Shown here piece by piece: positions 9,794 to 19,557 of a DNA stretch of 64,000 nucleotides; positions within the stretch are counted from its first letter, which is position 1; the number at the start of each line of letters is the position of its first letter. The notes below the pieces were generated by a model, which had not been told where the DNA came from, searched no databases, and worked only from the letters and a program-made list of their open reading frames with translations. The stretch covers positions 13,796-77,795 of the forward strand of contig DAIOFM010000001.1 of the NCBI GenBank assembly GCA_036745755.1. Direction: 5' to 3'. Source of the DNA: Spirochaetota bacterium (GTDB taxonomy: Bacteria; Spirochaetota; UBA4802; UBA5550). The position numbers and the translations under genes were made by a program.

Positions 9794-11038
9794 CTATTTT
9801 ATCCTGTAATATTCAATCTCGTTATCCAGGAAATTCGTAAAAGCCATATGCTTTCCGTCAGGAGATATGTCAAGACCGGTAGGCTGGTTTCTCCCCCATA
9901 CCCAGTCTATTATCTGGAGAGTTTCGGTATCAATAATATAAACTTTACCGAACTTGTAGCCTTTCTTCAAATAGGTCTCAGGGTTGTTCGGTCCTCTTGA
10001 TGAAACGAAAAGGTATTTCCCGTCAGGAGTGAGTTTCCCGGTATTGAGCTTCTGATCAACCGGTATCTCCTTAATCACTTTATCATCAGCAGCATTAATT
10101 ACATAAACGCTTCCTCTATACATGTCTGTTACATAGAGAATATTTTTCTTCTTATCAAGAATTATGTGTCTTTTCGCTCCCTTCGGAAACTTCATGGTTT
10201 TAACAATTTTTCTTGAAGCTATATCGATTTTCTGTATCTGGCCTGAACTGAAAATGCAGACATAAAGGTATTTATCATCAGCTGTTGTTACCATACCACG
10301 GGGGATTCCGGCAACTTTGACCTTACCGATAACCTTATACTGGTTCACGTCTATAACTGAAACATCATGTGATTCCCAGTTTGAGGCAAAAGCGAGTTTA
10401 TGATCATTTGTCATTGCTATTATTTTAGTCCAGATACCCTTTGTGGGGATTGTGAGCTTATAAGTGTAATCTTTCATATCAATTACATGGATAGCGTTCG
10501 CGGCCATCTGTGATACCCACATCTCGTTTCTGTCCGTAAAAAAGACAATCTCAACAAAGTTGCGGTGTTTCGAATACTTATATGGAATTTCAACAGTCTT
10601 TACTTTTTTAAAATCAGTTGTGGAAAAGAGATCAACACCCTTTCCCTCAAGAAGCGCGCTTGCAAAGTATTTTCCATCAGGGGTAAACTCAACACTCTTC
10701 GGGTGAGGGCCTGTCTTGAAGACAGCAACCTGTTCAATTAACGAATTTTTTTTCTCAAGTTTAATTTCAAGCATAGAAACTTTTGTGTCTATGTTGATTT
10801 TAACTTTTTTATCAATATACCCGGGCGAGGAGATGTGAAACTCCCTTTCCCCTGTATTAACAGTAATTCTTTTAAAATACCTGTTAACCCTGCGCGGCGT
10901 GACCGGTTTACTGTCAACAGAAATGGAATACTCGCTCGGAAAAATCTTCAGCGTTACATTTTTCCTGGCGGCAAAAAGAGGGGAACAGAATAATATAACT
11001 GAAACAGCTATTACCGGTATTATAAATTTTCTCTTCAT
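9794..11038 (-). CDS. Secreted YVTN/YncE-like beta-propeller repeat protein
   Basis: Signal peptide. Repeated blades with TPDGKYFAS / TADDKYLYV / TPDGKYLFV / SPDGKHMAF. Confidence 0.7.
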   Translation of the reverse strand: MKRKFIIPVIAVSVILFCSPLFAARKNVTLKIFPSEYSISVDSKPVTPRRVNRYFKRITVNTGEREFHISSPGYIDKKVKINIDTKVSMLEIKLEKKNSLIEQVAVFKTGPHPKSVEFTPDGKYFASALLEGKGVDLFSTTDFKKVKTVEIPYKYSKHRNFVEIVFFTDRNEMWVSQMAANAIHVIDMKDYTYKLTIPTKGIWTKIIAMTNDHKLAFASNWESHDVSVIDVNQYKVIGKVKVAGIPRGMVTTADDKYLYVCIFSSGQIQKIDIASRKIVKTMKFPKGAKRHIILDKKKNILYVTDMYRGSVYVINAADDKVIKEIPVDQKLNTGKLTPDGKYLFVSSRGPNNPETYLKKGYKFGKVYIIDTETLQIIDWVWGRNQPTGLDISPDGKHMAFTNFLDNEIEYYRIK

Positions 11039-11097
11039 ACGAATCTTCCTGAATAAATTATTTCCTTAAATTATTTTTATGGCCTGACGTCATGAAA

Positions 11098-12942
11098 TCA
11101 ACGACTTTTCTTTTTTGTCGAGCTTTTAATTCTCTTCTCCGGATTAGTCAGATGTTCAGACATCCCTATATCCTCAATTACCTTAAAATAATTTTCAATT
11201 ATATCATTGTGAGTTATTACACCGGCAAATTCGCTGTTATGCTCACTCATGACAACCGGTATAATTTCAAGCTCATACTCCCGGATCTTCTTTATGGCAA
11301 GAGCAACGGGATCATTAATCCTTACAGCCGGGACCTTTACAGCCAGATCTCCTGCTATTAGCAGATCCGCAAGGTCATTATCAAGGAGAGCGTGACGCAC
11401 ATCCTTGAGTGTAATAATCCCTATAAGATGATTCTTCTCGTTAACAACAAAGATGTCGCCGTACCTTGCGTTAATTATTATTCTTACAAGTTCCCTGAAA
11501 GGTGTCCTGTAATCCGCAACGTCCATATCCTTTTTAAGAATGCTTTTAACGCTTATCTTGCTGAAGATATCGAGATCACCCTTTTTAGTTACATCTATAT
11601 TTTCATCCATAAGGGCAAGTGTATACTCACTGCCCCTCCTGTAATAGAGTATTACCAGATAGGAAATTATCGAAACAAGCATAAGAGGGAGTATAAACTG
11701 ATAGTCACCGGTGACCTCAAATACAAGAAGAATCGAGGTAAGGGGGATTGAATTTATACCTGCAAGAACCCCTCCCATCCCGACAAGCGCAAAGGCAACG
11801 GGATCTATTACCACGGGGAAATACCTGTTCACAAAAAAAGCGAAAAGGTAACCGAGAAAAGCCCCTATACTGAGCGACGGGGCAAATGTCCCCCCGTAAG
11901 CCCCTGCCTGTAAAAACATCGCAAGAAAAACAATCTTAAGTATAAAAATGAGCGCCAGTTCAGTTATTGGAATATTATTATGAAGAACCTTATTGATGGT
12001 TGAATAGCCTATACCATAAAGCTCGTAATTCCAGATAAGGAAAAGTCCGAAAATAAGAGTAACAGGGAGAAGCCTGAGATAGGGATTGAAGACCCTGATC
12101 TTTTCGTTAAAAATCTTTTTAAACTGCTCGGATATTTTAAAATAACTGTACGACGTGACACCGCAGAAAATACCGAGCGCCAGATAATACGGATAAGATT
12201 CCAGTTCCCCCATATGATATGCTGGAATTGAAAAAATCTTCTCGTTCCCCAGAACCGCACGCGAAAGGATATCAGCCACAACCGAAGCAATTATAAGAGC
12301 GCTTAAGGCCCTGTTTTTTAAATCGTTTAAAAGAATAACCTCAATACCGAAAAAAACTCCGGCTATCGGCGCGTTAAAAACAGCAGATATTGCCGCCCCT
12401 CCCCCGGCTGAGGTATACATGATCATATCATTGCTGCTCAGCCTGAAAATCTGCGACATGAATGATCCGATTCCCCCTCCGATCTTTGCCGAAGGACCTT
12501 CAGGCCCCAGCGGAGCGCCTGCGCCTATTGATATAATCGGGGCAATGAGATGAAAAACAGTCTCCCGGAGAGGTATTACCCCTTTTCTTATAATAACAGC
12601 TTTTATTACACTTAATACACCCTTCTCCTTTGCCAGATCCGGGTACAGATGAGTCATAACAGAGGTTATTAGACCCCCTGCAACAGGTATTAATATTATG
12701 AAGAAGGGATTAATATCAAAGGAAGCCCTTATATTCTGGGGCTCAAAGAGCTCTCTCATCTGTTCAATGAGATAATGAAAAAGAATACCGCCGCTCCCGG
12801 CAAAAATCCCCAGGATTACTGAAATCATTACGTGGTACACATACCGGAAGATATCTGAGTCAAGATATCTCAAACGTAAAAATCCGTTTATAGCACCATG
12901 ATATATATCGTGATCTGAGTCTGGCAGATCCTTTTTACTCAT
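11098..12942 (-). CDS. ClC-family chloride/proton channel with C-terminal CBS pair
   Basis: GPEGPSAKIGGG selectivity motif, GGVLAG…, many TM helices. C-terminal tandem CBS-like segments. Confidence 0.9.
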   Translation of the reverse strand: MSKKDLPDSDHDIYHGAINGFLRLRYLDSDIFRYVYHVMISVILGIFAGSGGILFHYLIEQMRELFEPQNIRASFDINPFFIILIPVAGGLITSVMTHLYPDLAKEKGVLSVIKAVIIRKGVIPLRETVFHLIAPIISIGAGAPLGPEGPSAKIGGGIGSFMSQIFRLSSNDMIMYTSAGGGAAISAVFNAPIAGVFFGIEVILLNDLKNRALSALIIASVVADILSRAVLGNEKIFSIPAYHMGELESYPYYLALGIFCGVTSYSYFKISEQFKKIFNEKIRVFNPYLRLLPVTLIFGLFLIWNYELYGIGYSTINKVLHNNIPITELALIFILKIVFLAMFLQAGAYGGTFAPSLSIGAFLGYLFAFFVNRYFPVVIDPVAFALVGMGGVLAGINSIPLTSILLVFEVTGDYQFILPLMLVSIISYLVILYYRRGSEYTLALMDENIDVTKKGDLDIFSKISVKSILKKDMDVADYRTPFRELVRIIINARYGDIFVVNEKNHLIGIITLKDVRHALLDNDLADLLIAGDLAVKVPAVRINDPVALAIKKIREYELEIIPVVMSEHNSEFAGVITHNDIIENYFKVIEDIGMSEHLTNPEKRIKSSTKKKSR

Positions 12943-13844
12943 TCCATCTCCCCGTTACAGATTTTACACTCCTCTCCGCAGTTTCTGCAGAATTTTGCGC
13001 CGGCCCTGTTCCTTGTTCCGCATGAACGGCATTTATAAAAATAATCAGACACAAGGTAACTGCCGCAGTTTTTACAGTACCTGGCCCAGAAACCGTTATC
13101 AGTTCCGCATACGGGACAGACTCCCGGTTTTCTGAAAGGGCTCTCCCTTAAAAAAATCCGGAGTCTCCCTGACGCATAAATAATAATAAAAAAAGAAAAA
13201 ACCACCGCAAACATCAGACTCGATGGATCTCCGGGATTCATGAACTGATAAAAATTATAAACAGCATGAAGAAGAGCTGCGGGAACCACATAGGGAAAGA
13301 CGTTTTTTATGTAACCTCCACCCCTGTGAAATTTGGCCCGCGCAATACCGGAACCCCAGATCGAAGCAAGTCCTATATGAAGAGGTACAGCGGTAAATGA
13401 ACGGACAATTAAAACTCCTATACCCCCCGCAACAGTATATTCAATATTTTCAAAAGCAGCAAAACCTAGCGCTATTGTCATTGAATAGATCAGACCGTCA
13501 ACAGGCTCATTGAACTGCTTAAGCCTCTTAAGAATAATTATCGAAACAGAAGCCTTGAAAAACTCCTCATTAAATCCGACGAATAGAGAAAAAAAAGCAA
13601 AGGACAATAACGAAGCTGATGATTCCCCTGTAAGGACATCCCTGCTTATGCCAAGACCCATTGCAACTAAAGTATTTAAAAAAGAGGCAGGGAGAGCGCT
13701 CATAAGACCACCGGCAATACCCACAAACAAAAGGCATCTTACAGGCTCAGGTTCAAATCTATCATTTCGGTATATTAGATAAAGCCAGATCGCAGTGCTG
13801 AAACCTACTGATATGTAAACGGAAGTCATTAAAACCTGCCACAA
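12939..13844 (-). CDS. PrsW-family intramembrane metalloprotease with C-terminal double zinc ribbon
   Basis: FNEEFFKAS (EExxK) and HAVYN motifs. C-terminus CPVCG…CKNCG…CRSCG…CRNCG. 4-nt ATGA overlap with the ClC gene. Confidence 0.78.
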   Translation of the reverse strand: MWQVLMTSVYISVGFSTAIWLYLIYRNDRFEPEPVRCLLFVGIAGGLMSALPASFLNTLVAMGLGISRDVLTGESSASLLSFAFFSLFVGFNEEFFKASVSIIILKRLKQFNEPVDGLIYSMTIALGFAAFENIEYTVAGGIGVLIVRSFTAVPLHIGLASIWGSGIARAKFHRGGGYIKNVFPYVVPAALLHAVYNFYQFMNPGDPSSLMFAVVFSFFIIIYASGRLRIFLRESPFRKPGVCPVCGTDNGFWARYCKNCGSYLVSDYFYKCRSCGTRNRAGAKFCRNCGEECKICNGEME

Positions 13845-14103
13845 ACTTCAAATAAATGAATACAATTCAGTTACAATTAATCTTTTTACTCTCATCTATC
13901 AAGAACTTTATAAAAAAACAGATATAATATATAATTTCCCTCAGTATTAATGCCTGAAGATATATTTTTAATGAAAAATAAATGCCGTCTTATTCAGAGA
14001 TCTTAAAACCGGACAGATTTTCTCAGGTTGTCCTTTCTAATAAAACTGAAAAAAAGTTGTTAAAGATCAATATCTAAAAAATATGTCTTACATGGAGGTT
14101 GAT

Positions 14104-14961
14104 ATGGCTGTTAAGATAGACGCCCTGGTTGTTGAAGGAGGAGGCATGCGCGGTGTTTTTGCCGCAGGAGTTCTTGATGCCATGTTCGAGCTGGGATTTG
14201 ATCCTTTTACCATGTATTTCGGAGTATCAGCCGGGGCATGTAATCTTGCCTCACACCTTGCGGGCCAGTATAAAAGAAATTTCAGGTGTTATACCGACTA
14301 TATGCTCAGGCCGGAATTCATAAACGCATTAAAATATCTTAAAGGGGGACACTTCATGGATCTGGACTGGTTCTGGGACTACGTTGACATGTATGACACC
14401 CTTGACAGGAAAACAGCTACAAACCTGGGCAAAAAAAAATTTATAGTTGTGGCCACTGACGTTGAAACAGGAGAGGCCCTCTACATAGACGCGAAAGAAC
14501 AGATACTTGATGATCTGCTAAAAGGCTCAAGCTCCGTTCCCCTTATGTACAGAACCTTTGTAAAAGTGGAGGGGAGAAGAGTTACAGACGGCGGAGTGGC
14601 AGACTCCATCCCGGTGAATGAGGCATACAGGCGCGGCGCACGAAAAATAATGGTAATAAGATCGCGTCAATCTGATTACATAAAAAGCAGTTTTTTTGAA
14701 TCAAGGATAATTCCCGCCATGTTCAGATCCTATCCGGCACTTCAGAAGGCCCTGAGTCTCAGGGAGGAAAAATACATGGAGGCCGTGGATTTCATTAAAA
14801 ATCCCCCCTCCGGCTGTGAAATAATTGAAATAGCCCCTGAAACAATAAAAACAGGTAGAACAACAAGAAGCAGGGAAAAAATTGAAAACGATTACTGGCA
14901 GGGCCATGTCAAAGGATATAGAGTAATATCTGAGCTTAAAAAAAATGATTGTTATAAATAA
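14104..14961 (+). CDS. Patatin-like phospholipase
   Basis: GGGMRG oxyanion box, GVSAGA nucleophile motif, TDGGVAD catalytic Asp. GGAGG SD favours ATG 14104. Confidence 0.85.
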   Translation: MAVKIDALVVEGGGMRGVFAAGVLDAMFELGFDPFTMYFGVSAGACNLASHLAGQYKRNFRCYTDYMLRPEFINALKYLKGGHFMDLDWFWDYVDMYDTLDRKTATNLGKKKFIVVATDVETGEALYIDAKEQILDDLLKGSSSVPLMYRTFVKVEGRRVTDGGVADSIPVNEAYRRGARKIMVIRSRQSDYIKSSFFESRIIPAMFRSYPALQKALSLREEKYMEAVDFIKNPPSGCEIIEIAPETIKTGRTTRSREKIENDYWQGHVKGYRVISELKKNDCYK

Positions 14962-15018
14962 TTGCGTCACATAAAAAGATTCATCCAAACCTCTACTTCA
15001 GGAAAAAGGAGATTTTAC

Positions 15019-16497
15019 GTGTTAAGAAAAATAATCGTTGTTTCAGCAATTCTGCTGATGCCGTTCACAGTCCTCAATGCACAGTCACCTATAAGCAAAT
15101 CAGTTGTGAAAATATACACAGTTTCAGACAGCTTTAATTACGATAATCCCTGGCAGATGAGAGGCCAGTCAAAGGGAACAGGTTCAGGCTGCATCATTGA
15201 AGGAAACAGAATTCTTACCAATGCCCATGTTATAAGCAACAGCACGTTCATCCAGGTGAAGAGAGCCGGAGAAGCGAAGCGTTACACAGCAAAGGTCGAT
15301 TCCGTTTCACATCACAGTGACCTGGCAATACTCACAGTTAATGATCCCGTTTTTTTTAAAAACGTCACACCCGTTCAGATTGGAGATCTGCCTGAAGTGA
15401 GGGACAAAGTCGCGGTTTACGGTTTCCCCACAGGGGGGGACGAGATGAGTATAACTGAAGGCGTGGTATCACGCATTGAACAGAGAAACTACGCGCACAG
15501 TAATGCGAACCTCCTGACCTGCCAGATAGACGCTGCTATAAACCCGGGAAACAGCGGAGGGCCTGTAATCAAAAATGATCGTATTGTAGGAGTGGCGTTC
15601 CAGTCCTCAATGAGAGGCGAGAATATAGGCTACATGGTCCCTGCCCCTATAATAAACCATTTCCTAAAAGATATTTCCGACGGAAAATATGACGGGTTCC
15701 CTGAACTGGGGATACTCTTCCAGGATATGGAAAACCCGGACATGAGGGAAAAGTACCGCATGTCTTCAGAACAGAGCGGCGTTCTTATCGTCAATATGCT
15801 TATCGACTCCCCCGCAAAAGGGATTCTACGGATAGATGATGTAGTGATGGCCATTGAGAGAGTAAAAATAGAAAACGACGGTTCCATTGAGTTCAGGCCG
15901 GGGGAGAGAACGTCCCTTAACTATCTGGTACAGAAAAAATATATTAACGACTGGATTAACGTCCGCATACTCAGGGACGGGAAGATCAGAGACGTTAAAA
16001 TTAAGCTGACAGTCCCCATGAATTCAACACGGCTTGTATCTTTCGAAAAATACGATACCCGTCCCACATACTATATTACAGGAGGCCTTGTTTTTGAACC
16101 TCTTACTAAAAATTATATCCTTGAATGGGGGAGCCAGTGGTTCTTCAGCGCGCCCTCAAAACTCCTCCATTTTTATCAGAACGGCATCAGGACCCCGGAA
16201 AAAAAGGAGATAGTGCTTCTGACCAAGGTGCTTGCTGACGAAATAAATCTCGGTTATCACGACATGGACAACGCTGTCATTGAAAAGGTAAATGGTAAAA
16301 AAATCTCCCATATGACAGACCTTGTAAGGGCCGTTGAGGAAAACCAGAATCCTTTTCATGTATTCGAGGACGATTCAGGAAATAAAATAGTATTAAAAAG
16401 AGAGAAGGTTGAAAAATACAGCAACCGGATACTTGAGACCTACAAAATAAGATCCGACAGATCTGAAGATCTCAGGTCTATAAACCGGCAGAAATAA
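15019..16497 (+). CDS. Deg/HtrA-like trypsin-fold serine protease with PDZ-like C-terminus
   Basis: Signal peptide. TNAHV (His), SDLAIL (Asp), GNSGGPV (Ser). GTG 15019 follows AAAGGAG. Confidence 0.85.
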   Translation: MLRKIIVVSAILLMPFTVLNAQSPISKSVVKIYTVSDSFNYDNPWQMRGQSKGTGSGCIIEGNRILTNAHVISNSTFIQVKRAGEAKRYTAKVDSVSHHSDLAILTVNDPVFFKNVTPVQIGDLPEVRDKVAVYGFPTGGDEMSITEGVVSRIEQRNYAHSNANLLTCQIDAAINPGNSGGPVIKNDRIVGVAFQSSMRGENIGYMVPAPIINHFLKDISDGKYDGFPELGILFQDMENPDMREKYRMSSEQSGVLIVNMLIDSPAKGILRIDDVVMAIERVKIENDGSIEFRPGERTSLNYLVQKKYINDWINVRILRDGKIRDVKIKLTVPMNSTRLVSFEKYDTRPTYYITGGLVFEPLTKNYILEWGSQWFFSAPSKLLHFYQNGIRTPEKKEIVLLTKVLADEINLGYHDMDNAVIEKVNGKKISHMTDLVRAVEENQNPFHVFEDDSGNKIVLKREKVEKYSNRILETYKIRSDRSEDLRSINRQK

Positions 16498-16783
16498 AAA
16501 GAAAAGTCGCAAGCACAGTAAGCAGTACTGTAATAATAATATTGCTGTTAAACCAGGCAATTATAACTGCCGAGGCAATCCCCAGTGCCGACACAACGGG
16601 TTTACCGCTAACAGCGCTTATACTCCCGGGGAGAATAAGCGCACCGAGTGCGGCATAAGGGATAAATGACAGAAAAAGCTTAAGCCTTCCGGGAATCTTT
16701 TCAACATCTATAAGATACATAGGGACAAGACGAGGCAGGTAAGTGACAACACCCATTAAAACTATAATCGAAATTATTTCCAT
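16478..16783 (-). CDS. azlD: AzlD branched-chain amino-acid transport protein
   Basis: About 100 aa with 3-4 TM, immediately downstream of azlC. ATG 16783 preferred to the tracked extension that overlaps azlC. Confidence 0.72.
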   Translation of the reverse strand: MEIISIIVLMGVVTYLPRLVPMYLIDVEKIPGRLKLFLSFIPYAALGALILPGSISAVSGKPVVSALGIASAVIIAWFNSNIIITVLLTVLATFLFISAGL

Positions 16784-16784
16784 A

Positions 16785-17462
16785 TCACTCCTCCCTGAAT
16801 AAAAAGATCCCCGCTGCTGACGCCGCGAGAATTGAAAGAATAATGTTCCACCCTGAACCGAACATATCAAAATAGCCGAGTGCTGAATTACATAAACCGG
16901 CAATGAGGGCGATAATTCCCGCCCTGTATGATTTCCTCACAGCAGGAATAAGTATGGCAACAAACATTGCGTAAAGACAGATAGAGATGCTCTCCTGTAT
17001 TACAGGAGGAAGAAAGTCCCCTGCCACAAAGCCTGCAACAGTTCCGGTAATCCATCCTGTGTAGGCCGTAAAATTCAGCCCCAGCATATACTTTTCAGAA
17101 AGATCATTCTTTTCCATTGATGCAACAGAAAAGGTCTCATCAGTAATTCCGAATGCAATAAAAGGGATATAACCTTTCTTAAAAGACGCCCTTGATGAGA
17201 TAGAAGCACTCATGAGAAAATGCCTGAAGTTCAGTAAAAATGTGGTAAGAACAATTTCACCTGTACCGATTCCGGCATTAATCATATTGAGCCCCACAAA
17301 CTGGCTTGCTCCTGCAAAAACAATAACAGAAAAACCGAAGGTATCAACAAGTGAAATGTTAACAGAAACTGCTAAAAGGCCGAATGTTACCGCAATTGGA
17401 AAGTATCCTATAAAAACAGGAATCCCCGCATAAATACCATTAATCAAACCCGGCTTCTTCAA
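16785..17462 (-). CDS. azlC: AzlC-family branched-chain amino-acid permease subunit
   Basis: GIPVFIGYFPIAVTFG…FAGASQF motifs typical of AzlC; paired with azlD. Confidence 0.82.
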   Translation of the reverse strand: MKKPGLINGIYAGIPVFIGYFPIAVTFGLLAVSVNISLVDTFGFSVIVFAGASQFVGLNMINAGIGTGEIVLTTFLLNFRHFLMSASISSRASFKKGYIPFIAFGITDETFSVASMEKNDLSEKYMLGLNFTAYTGWITGTVAGFVAGDFLPPVIQESISICLYAMFVAILIPAVRKSYRAGIIALIAGLCNSALGYFDMFGSGWNIILSILAASAAGIFLFREE

Positions 17463-17728
17463 ATCAGCACCTTTATCAAGATTAAAGTTAAAAGGTACCT
17501 TCTATGGTGCCGGCATTCTGTCAATGTTTTAATATACGGCGGAATATTTATAATTCCATCATTACATAGAGACTTATTATTCCGGTTTTAAAAACCTTTT
17601 TTTAAAAATATTTAAAACTCCAAAAAAGATATTCTGATTGATTTTTACACTATAAGGATTATTATGTCGCAAACACAGATAACAACTCTCTTGAACAATC
17701 TTATTTGAAGAGAAATCATGATTTAAAT

Positions 17729-17755
17729 AATCCGCGGCAGACTCTTTGCCGCGGA
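17729..17755. other. Isolated GC-rich perfect hairpin in AT-rich divergent intergenic region
   Basis: ATCCGCGGCA-gactctt(t)-TGCCGCGGAT. U-rich only when read on the minus strand (azlCD leader direction). Confidence 0.4.
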
Positions 17756-17982
17756 TCTACTATCATTCAATCGTTAATTATACAGAACCGACTAAATCAG
17801 TAACAATCACCTGTTTCCGGCGAAATATTTTATAGCGGAAAACTATTTTAAAAAACCCCAAAGTTATTTCATAGAAAATTAAATTCATGTTAATAATCGT
17901 AATGATTCTTAAAAAAAGCTTGCAAAAATTTTATTCTTTTATAATTAAATTAAATCAGTAAATGCAATTACAGGCGGATATA

Positions 17983-18693
17983 ATGGAAACAGTCGCTCAG
18001 GAAAATAATTCAGAGGCCTTTTTTAAAATTTCTTACGGCCTTTATATTGTCAGCTCAGGGATAAAGGGAAAAGAGAACGGGTATATTTCAAATGCGGTCT
18101 TCCAGGTTACTGCTGAACCGGCACAATTTGCTGTATGCTGCAGCAAAAACAATTATACCTCATCAATTATCGAAAAGAGCGGAGCATTCTCCGTCTCTGT
18201 GCTTAAAAAGGATGTGGACCAGTCCCTTATATCGCTGTTCGGTTATAAAAGCGGTAAGGACCTGAACAAATTTGAAAACGTAGCTTATATTAAAGGTATT
18301 ACCAGGTCGCCCATAGTCACTCAGGATTCTCTAGCATGGTTTGAATGCAGGGTAATACAGAAAATTGATGTTGGGACCCATATTCTTTTTACAGGAGAAA
18401 TATTAAACAACAGCCTTCTTGAGGATGGGGAGCCTCTGACTTACTCATACTACAGGGAGGTTCGGAAGGGGAAGGCGCCGGTAAACGCCCCGACCTATAT
18501 TAATCCTGAAAAGAACAAGGAGAAGAAAACAGCTGCAGAAAAGTATAAATGCCTTATATGCGGCTACATATATGATCCGGAAAAAGGTGATCCTGACGGG
18601 AAAGTAAATGCGGAAACGCCTTTCAGTGAACTGCCCGAAACCTGGCAGTGCCCTGTATGCGGAACGGATAAGGGAAACTTTGAAAGGATTTAA
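17983..18693 (+). CDS. Flavin-reductase-domain / rubredoxin fusion (high-molecular-weight rubredoxin, Hrb-like)
   Basis: Flavin_Reduct-like N-domain. C-terminal rubredoxin YKCLICGYIYDPEKGDP…WQCPVCG. Confidence 0.85.
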   Translation: METVAQENNSEAFFKISYGLYIVSSGIKGKENGYISNAVFQVTAEPAQFAVCCSKNNYTSSIIEKSGAFSVSVLKKDVDQSLISLFGYKSGKDLNKFENVAYIKGITRSPIVTQDSLAWFECRVIQKIDVGTHILFTGEILNNSLLEDGEPLTYSYYREVRKGKAPVNAPTYINPEKNKEKKTAAEKYKCLICGYIYDPEKGDPDGKVNAETPFSELPETWQCPVCGTDKGNFERI

Positions 18694-18738
18694 CGGTCTT
18701 TTAAATAATTCAATTATACAAAAAAGGAGAACAATTTA

Positions 18739-19314
18739 ATGGCATCAATAAAAGGGACTAAAACAGAACAGAATCTTTTAAAGGCATTTGCCGGTGAATC
18801 TCAGGCCAGGATGAGGTATAATTATTTCGCAAGCGCTGCGAAAAAAGAGGGGCTTGAACAGATAGCAGCAATGTTTGAAGAGACTGCGCTCAATGAAAAG
18901 GAACATGCAAAACTCTTCTTTAAATATCTTGAAGGGGGGATGGTTGAGATCACTGCTTCATACCCCGCAGGAGTTATAGGTAACACTCTTGAAAACCTGA
19001 AAGCTGCTGCAGACGGAGAACTTGAAGAGTGGGGAGAGCTTTATCCTGAATTCGCGAAAATTGCCGAGGAAGAGGGCTTTAAAGACGTGGCAGCCACATT
19101 CAAGCTGATTGCCACAGTGGAAAAGGCCCATGAAGCGCGCTACAGAAAACTCTACGATAATCTTATGAATGGAAAGATCTTCGAGAAAGACGGAAAGCAG
19201 ATCTGGAAATGCAGAAACTGCGGATATATACATGAAGGGGAGAAGGCCCCCCAGCAGTGTCCTGCGTGTAAACATCCACAGGCATATTTTGAAATTAAGG
19301 AAACAAATTACTGA
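18739..19314 (+). CDS. rbr: Rubrerythrin
   Basis: KGTKTEQNLLKAFAGESQARMRY four-helix diiron domain plus C-terminal CRNCG…CPAC rubredoxin-like centre. AAAGGAG SD. Confidence 0.92.
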   Translation: MASIKGTKTEQNLLKAFAGESQARMRYNYFASAAKKEGLEQIAAMFEETALNEKEHAKLFFKYLEGGMVEITASYPAGVIGNTLENLKAAADGELEEWGELYPEFAKIAEEEGFKDVAATFKLIATVEKAHEARYRKLYDNLMNGKIFEKDGKQIWKCRNCGYIHEGEKAPQQCPACKHPQAYFEIKETNY

Positions 19315-19365
19315 TAAAAAACCTGTATTTTTACCACAACTTTTTTATGGCAAAAATGCTCTATT

Positions 19366-19392
19366 ATCACCGCTGCCGCAGGCGGCGGTGAT
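19366..19392 (+). terminator. Intrinsic terminator after rbr
   Basis: ATCACCGCTGCC-gca-GGCGGCGGTGAT stem (one G·U pair), followed by a weak T-rich run. Confidence 0.55.
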
Positions 19393-19484
19393 ATATCTTT
19401 CTATATAAAAATTCTTCCATGAAGAAAAAACTTTATTTTGTTTAATTCAACTGAATCCGTTATTTTCTCCGGGCCGATTTTGAA

Positions 19485-19513
19485 TTGACAGGTTGTATCT
19501 TTACTTTTATACT
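19485..19513 (+). promoter_or_regulatory. Sigma70-type promoter for the PilZ gene
   Basis: TTGACA (19485-19490), 17-nt spacer, TATACT (19508-19513), about 45 nt upstream of the ATG. Confidence 0.5.
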
Positions 19514-19557
19514 CTCTGAAAACGATGTTAAAGCCCCTGTCCTGATGAGGAAGAAAG

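Noticed and set aside
13750-13759. GGTTCAAATC, resembling a tRNA T-arm.
   Set aside because: It lies inside the PrsW coding sequence, and no acceptor or anticodon stem can be built around it.
14104-16497. Patatin phospholipase as a CBASS (CapV-like) effector with the neighbouring protease.
   Set aside because: No cGAS/DncV-like nucleotidyltransferase or other defence gene is adjacent. The patatin looks like the housekeeping YjjU/RssA type, and the protease is a Deg-like periplasmic enzyme.
17880-17961. PerR/Fur-type box and sigma70 promoter upstream of the hrb-rbr operon (TTAATAATCGTAATGATTC; TTGCAA…TATAAT).
   Set aside because: The candidate box is not a convincing 7-1-7 palindrome. The TTGCAA/TATAAT pair has only a 14-nt spacer.
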